DNA from: a bacterium
Lineage (GTDB): Bacteria > Krumholzibacteriota > Krumholzibacteriia > LZORAL124-64-63
Length of the DNA stretch: 64,000 nucleotides
Direction of reading: 5' to 3'
Assembly: GCA_031441465.1 (NCBI GenBank)
Contig: JANOEP010000009.1
Span: 1-64,000 of the forward strand
Below the pieces are notes generated by a model that was not told where the DNA came from, made no database searches, and saw only the letters and a program-made list of their open reading frames with translations. Position 1 is the first letter of the stretch. Each line of letters begins with the position of its first letter. Of the stretch, positions 59,584 to 64,000 are shown one piece after another. Position numbers and translations under genes: made by a program.

Positions 59584-61239
59584 ATGAAAAACACTCCCCT
59601 CATCCTGGGCGGCCACGTCGGCGACCTGGACGTCCGCTTCGAGCTGGGCGAAGGCGTCCACGTCGTCGGCCGCAGCGCCGACTGCGCCGTCGTGTTGGCC
59701 GAGTCCTCGATCTCGCGCCGCCACGCCGAGATCGAGCACCTCGACGGGCGGGTCCGCATCCACGATCTGGGCAGCCACAACGGCACGCAGGTCAACGGGG
59801 TCGCGATCGGAGACTGGCAGGAACTGAAGCACGGCGACAAACTGGTGCTGGGCCGAGCGACGCTCACCGTCGGCGGCAAGCCGGACACGCAGGCGCTGAT
59901 GACCTTCGTCGGCGACCGGCCGTCGACGGGCGTGGCGATCACCTGGCACGAGGTCACCGGGCGCGACCGCAGCGGCCGCCTCTCCCTGCGCGCGGGCGGC
60001 AAGCGCGCCGAGCTGTTCACCGTGCTGGCCGAAGCGGGCAGCCTGCTGATCTCCCCGGGCGCGCCCGAGGACCTCTTCGAACCCATCCTGGACCTCGTCG
60101 ACGCGGCCATGGCGCCCGAACGCGCGCTGATCGTGCTGCTGGACGAGCAGGACGGCGAGCCGCAGGTACGGGCCTCCCGGGTGCGCGGCGGCGGCGCGGC
60201 CTCGAACATCATGCTGAGCCGCACGGTGATCGAGCGGGTGCTCGGCGAGCGGGTCTCGTTCCTGATCGAGGATGCGCAGCGGGACGTGGCCCTGCAGGCG
60301 CAGATGAGCATCATCTCGCAGGGGCTGCACACGGCCATGGCCGCGCCGCTGTTCGACAACCAGAGCGTCATCGGCCTGCTCTACGCCGACTCCGCCGACA
60401 CCGCCGACCGCTACACCACCGACGAGTTGAAGGCCTTCACCCTGCTGGCCAACTGCATCGCGGTCGCCCTGACCCACGCCCGCTACCACACCATGGAGGC
60501 CGAGAAGCAGCGCCTCGACACCGAACTGGGTGCGGCGAGGCGCATCATGGCCACGCTGCTGCCCGCCGAGGCGCCGGCGGTCGCGGGCTGGGAGCTGCTG
60601 ACCCACCTGGAGTCCTGCACCGAGGTGGGCGGCGATCTCTACGACGTCTTCCCACTGCCCGACGGGCGCCTAGCGGTCGTGATCGGGGACGTGGCGGGCA
60701 AGGGGCTGGGCGCGGCGCTGCTCGTCTCCTCGCTGCTGCCGCTGCTGCGCGGACTCGCCGGTTCGATCCCCGACCCCTCGGACCTCGTCCACCGGCTCAA
60801 CGCCGTGCTCTTCGCCGCCACCGAGTCGATCCGCTACGCCACGCTGTTTGTGGGACTGCTCGATCCGGCCACCGGCGAGCTCGCCTACGTCAACGCCGGC
60901 CACAACCCGCCCTTCGTGGTACGCGGCGACGGCGCGACCGAGTCGCTGGCCGGCACGGGACTGCCGGTGGCCCTGGTCGAAGAGGGGGTGTGGCGGGCCG
61001 GCGCGGCGGCGCTCGCGCCCGGCGACCTGTTGGTGCTCTACACCGACGGCATCCCCGAGGCCTGGAACGCCGAGGACGAGGACTACGGGGACGAGCGGCT
61101 GCGCGCCCTGCTGGCGTCGCTGCGCGGCTGCCCCGTGGCCGCGGTGCGCGACGCCGTGCTGGCCGAAGTGAAGGCTTTCGTGGGCGAGGCTCCCACCAGC
61201 GACGACGTGACGCTGGTGCTGCTGCGGCGCCTGCCCTGA
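59584..61239 (+). CDS. FHA - GAF - SpoIIE/PP2C phosphatase (RsbU-like)
   Basis: FHA GR...ISRRHA...DLGS.NGT.VNG; GAF; VGGD.YD, GDVAGKG, NAGH, YTDG, DDVT. Leaderless-type TATCCT 7 nt before ATG. Confidence 0.9.
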   Translation: MKNTPLILGGHVGDLDVRFELGEGVHVVGRSADCAVVLAESSISRRHAEIEHLDGRVRIHDLGSHNGTQVNGVAIGDWQELKHGDKLVLGRATLTVGGKPDTQALMTFVGDRPSTGVAITWHEVTGRDRSGRLSLRAGGKRAELFTVLAEAGSLLISPGAPEDLFEPILDLVDAAMAPERALIVLLDEQDGEPQVRASRVRGGGAASNIMLSRTVIERVLGERVSFLIEDAQRDVALQAQMSIISQGLHTAMAAPLFDNQSVIGLLYADSADTADRYTTDELKAFTLLANCIAVALTHARYHTMEAEKQRLDTELGAARRIMATLLPAEAPAVAGWELLTHLESCTEVGGDLYDVFPLPDGRLAVVIGDVAGKGLGAALLVSSLLPLLRGLAGSIPDPSDLVHRLNAVLFAATESIRYATLFVGLLDPATGELAYVNAGHNPPFVVRGDGATESLAGTGLPVALVEEGVWRAGAAALAPGDLLVLYTDGIPEAWNAEDEDYGDERLRALLASLRGCPVAAVRDAVLAEVKAFVGEAPTSDDVTLVLLRRLP

Positions 61240-61255
61240 GTCATTACCGCGCCTC

Positions 61256-64000
61256 TCAGGTCCGCCCCGCCCTCCGACCGCTCAGCCGCGTCTGGAAGCG
61301 ATCGAGGTAGGTGAAGAACACCGGCGTCACGTAGAGGGTGATCAGCTGCGAGAAGAGCAGGCCGCCCACGACGCACAACCCCAGCGGCCGCCGCGCCTCC
61401 GAGCCCGCGCCCATCCCCAGCGCGATCGGCAGCGTGCCCACCAGTGCGGCCAGCGTGGTCATCATGATCGGCCGGAAGCGGATGCTGCAGGCCTGGACGA
61501 TGGCCGCCTCCGCCTCCATGCCCCGGCGCTTCGCGTCCAGCGCGAAGTCGATCATCATGATGGCGTTCTTCTTCACCACGCCGATCAGCATGATCAGGCC
61601 GACGAAGCTGTACAGGCTCAGGTCGGCCTTGAAGATCAGCAGCGTCAGCAGCGCCCCGAACAGGGCGAAGGGCAGGCCGGTCAGGATCGTGATCGGGTGC
61701 ACGAAGCTCTCGTAGAGGATGCCCAGGATCAGGTAGACGACCAGGATGGCGATGATCAGCATGGCCGTCATGCCGGACTGCGAGGCCTTGAACGCCTGGG
61801 CGGTGCCCGCGAAATTCGTGACGATCGACGACGGCAGCGTCTCGCGCGCGATCCGGTTGACGGCCGCCACCGCCTCGCTCAGCGCCACCCCCTCGCCGAG
61901 GTTGAAGGACACCGTCACCGACGGCAGCTGCCCCGAGTGGTTGACCGTGAGCGGCCCGACGCCGGGCACGATCTGCGCGATCGCCGACAGCGGCACCAGC
62001 CCGCCGCCGGCCGCGCTCACGTAGAGGCTGCCGACGGCCGCCGCGTCGCGCTGGCGCTCCGGCAGCAGTTCCATCAGCACGTAGTACTGGTTGTTCGGCG
62101 CCAGGATGGTCGACACCTGGCGCGTGCCGAACGCCGAGTAGAGGGTCTCCTCGATCGCCCGCGGCGTCACGCCGAGCGAAGCGGCGCGGTCGCGGTCGAT
62201 GACGACGTCGATCTCGGGGTTGCTCACACGCAGGTCGCTGTTGATGTCGCGCAGCGCCGGCTCTTGCCGCAACCGGGATTCGAACACGGGCGCGGCCGCG
62301 TACAGCGCGTCGAGGTCGGCCGACTGCAGGGTGAACTGGTAGAGCCCCGACGCGAAGCGCGCGCCGATGTTGATGGCCGGCGGGTTGGTGACGAAGGCGC
62401 GGATGCCCGGGATCGCGGCCAGCTTGCCGCGCAGGCTGCCGACGACCTGGTCGGCGCTCAGCTCCCGCTCGGCGCGCGGCTTCAGGCGCAGGAAGAAGCG
62501 GCCCTGGTTGCCGGACGCGGTCGGCCCGCCGGCCCCGACGCTCGACATGAAGACGTCGACGTTCGGGTCCTGCGCCAGCACCGCCGCCACGCTCTGCTGG
62601 TGCGCGCTCATGGCCTCGTACGAGAGCCCTTCCGCCCCTTCCGTCGTTCCGGTGAGGAACCCGGTGTCGGTGCTGGGGATGAAGCCCTTGGGCACCACCT
62701 GGAACAGGACCATCGTGCCGGCGAACACCGCCGCCGACAGCAGCAGCGTGGCGCGCTTGTGCCGCATCGCCGTGCCGAGCGTCCGCTCGTACAGCGCGAG
62801 CCCGCCCGTCCACACCCGCTCGATGCCGTCGTAGAACCGGTTGTGCTTCACGTGCTGGGGCTTCAGGAAGCGGCTGCACATCATCGGCGTCAGCGTCAGC
62901 GACACGAAGCCCGAGACCAGGATCGCGGTCATGATGACGACCGCGAACTCCCGGAACAGCCGGCCCATGATCCCGCCCATGAACAGGATGGGGATGAACA
63001 CCGCGGCCAGCGAGAGCGTCATCGAGACGATGGTGAAGCCGACCTCGCGCGCCCCGTCGACCGCGGCCGCGTAAGGCTGCTTCCCCATCTCCAGGTGACG
63101 GTAGATGTTCTCCAGCATCACGATGGCGTCGTCCACGACGAAGCCGACCGACAGGGTCAGCGCCATCAGCGACAGGTTGTCCAGGCTGTGGCCCAGCAGC
63201 GCCATCACCCCGAACGTCCCCACCAGCGACATCGGCAAGGCGAGGCTGGGGATCACCGTGGCCGACAGGTTGCGCAGGAACAGGAAGATCACCAGCACCA
63301 CCAGGCACAGGGTCAGCAGCAGGGTGAACTTGACGTCGCGGATCGACTCGCGGATCGGCTGGGCCCGGTCGATCATCACGTTCAGCGTCGCGGAAGCCGG
63401 CAGCTGGCTGCGCAGGTCCGGCAGCAACGCCTGCACCGCCCGCGAGACTTCGTCGGTGTTGGTGCCGGGCTGCCGCTGCACGGCCAGCATGATCGCGCGC
63501 TGGTCGACGAACCAGCTGGCGGTGCGGTCGTTCTGCACGCCGTCGACGACACGCCCCAGGTCCTGCAGGCGCACCGGCGCGCCGTCGCGGTAGGCCACCA
63601 CGATCGGCCGGTACTCCGCCGCCGAATTCAGCTGCCCGGTGGCGCGCACGGTCGTGGCCTTGTCCGGGCCCCACAGCGTGCCGGTGGGCAGGTTGACGTT
63701 GTTCGCCTGGATCGACCGGACGACCTCGTCGAGGCCGATGCCGCGCGAGGCCAGGGCCTGCGGGTCGAGCTGCACGCGCACCGCGTACTTCTGGGTGCCG
63801 TAGACCTGCACCTGGGCCACGCCGCTCACCATCGAGATGCGCCGCGCGATCATCGTCTGCGCGTACTCGTCCAGGACCGAGAGCGGCAGCGTCGGCGACG
63901 TGATGTTGATCATGAGGATGGGCGAGTCGGCCGGGTTCACCTTCTGGTAGGACGGCGGCGACGGCATGTCGCTCGGCAGCTGCCGCTGCACCGCGGCGAT
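61256..64000 (-). CDS. Multidrug efflux RND permease (MdtB/MdtC-like), 5' part outside window
   Basis: KVNPADSPI, GFVVDDAIVMLENI, SLTLTPMMC, GVVKKNAIMMIDFA, RFRPIMMTT. Confidence 0.92.
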   Translation of the reverse strand: MAAVQRQLPSDMPSPPSYQKVNPADSPILMINITSPTLPLSVLDEYAQTMIARRISMVSGVAQVQVYGTQKYAVRVQLDPQALASRGIGLDEVVRSIQANNVNLPTGTLWGPDKATTVRATGQLNSAAEYRPIVVAYRDGAPVRLQDLGRVVDGVQNDRTASWFVDQRAIMLAVQRQPGTNTDEVSRAVQALLPDLRSQLPASATLNVMIDRAQPIRESIRDVKFTLLLTLCLVVLVIFLFLRNLSATVIPSLALPMSLVGTFGVMALLGHSLDNLSLMALTLSVGFVVDDAIVMLENIYRHLEMGKQPYAAAVDGAREVGFTIVSMTLSLAAVFIPILFMGGIMGRLFREFAVVIMTAILVSGFVSLTLTPMMCSRFLKPQHVKHNRFYDGIERVWTGGLALYERTLGTAMRHKRATLLLSAAVFAGTMVLFQVVPKGFIPSTDTGFLTGTTEGAEGLSYEAMSAHQQSVAAVLAQDPNVDVFMSSVGAGGPTASGNQGRFFLRLKPRAERELSADQVVGSLRGKLAAIPGIRAFVTNPPAINIGARFASGLYQFTLQSADLDALYAAAPVFESRLRQEPALRDINSDLRVSNPEIDVVIDRDRAASLGVTPRAIEETLYSAFGTRQVSTILAPNNQYYVLMELLPERQRDAAAVGSLYVSAAGGGLVPLSAIAQIVPGVGPLTVNHSGQLPSVTVSFNLGEGVALSEAVAAVNRIARETLPSSIVTNFAGTAQAFKASQSGMTAMLIIAILVVYLILGILYESFVHPITILTGLPFALFGALLTLLIFKADLSLYSFVGLIMLIGVVKKNAIMMIDFALDAKRRGMEAEAAIVQACSIRFRPIMMTTLAALVGTLPIALGMGAGSEARRPLGLCVVGGLLFSQLITLYVTPVFFTYLDRFQTRLSGRRAGRT

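Noticed and set aside
58951..63674. Long alternative-frame ORFs (551, 587, 863 aa) over host genes
   Set aside because: Arg/Gly/Pro-rich or antisense off-frame translations typical of very high GC DNA.

Overview
Most of this window (about 141-58896) is a large integrated temperate siphophage-type element lying immediately 3' of a minus-strand tRNA-Asn(GTT) gene (58897-58971) in a very GC-rich bacterium. The host genes to the right encode a PAS protein, an FHA-GAF-PP2C phosphatase and a partial MdtB/C-like RND pump. The prophage layout is unusual. The portal, head-completion and lysis genes run leftward, divergently from a protease-capsid fusion and tail operon. The terminase module and a lambda-like cos lie about 25 kb away, beyond a czc-type metal-efflux cargo block. 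These are followed by an iteron-like origin, a replication/recombination operon, a phage ECF-type sigma factor, ImmA/ImmR and a DUF2924 + large serine recombinase module. There are three cargo blocks. (i) At the left is a lower-GC cluster of nucleosidase-TPR, deoxynucleoside kinase, beta-RFA-P-synthase-like GHMP enzyme and MIO ammonia-lyase, whose first gene appears to be cut by an IS21-family end; this is the best candidate for an undescribed nucleoside-analogue or defence system. (ii) czcCBA with a PII-like gene and a His-rich EamA transporter. (iii) A complete QatABCD anti-phage system. Non-coding signals read directly from the sequence include three copies of CCGACAC-N14-GGGTARGTAA (probable promoter of the phage sigma factor) heading the excision, replication and packaging operons. 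Others are a perfect 13-bp palindrome centred 45/46 nt from two divergent structural-gene starts, a switch-like structured leader on the sigma gene, a -1 frameshift site in the tail chaperone and an internal start in the capsid gene. All product calls rest on motif recognition by eye; no database searches were run.
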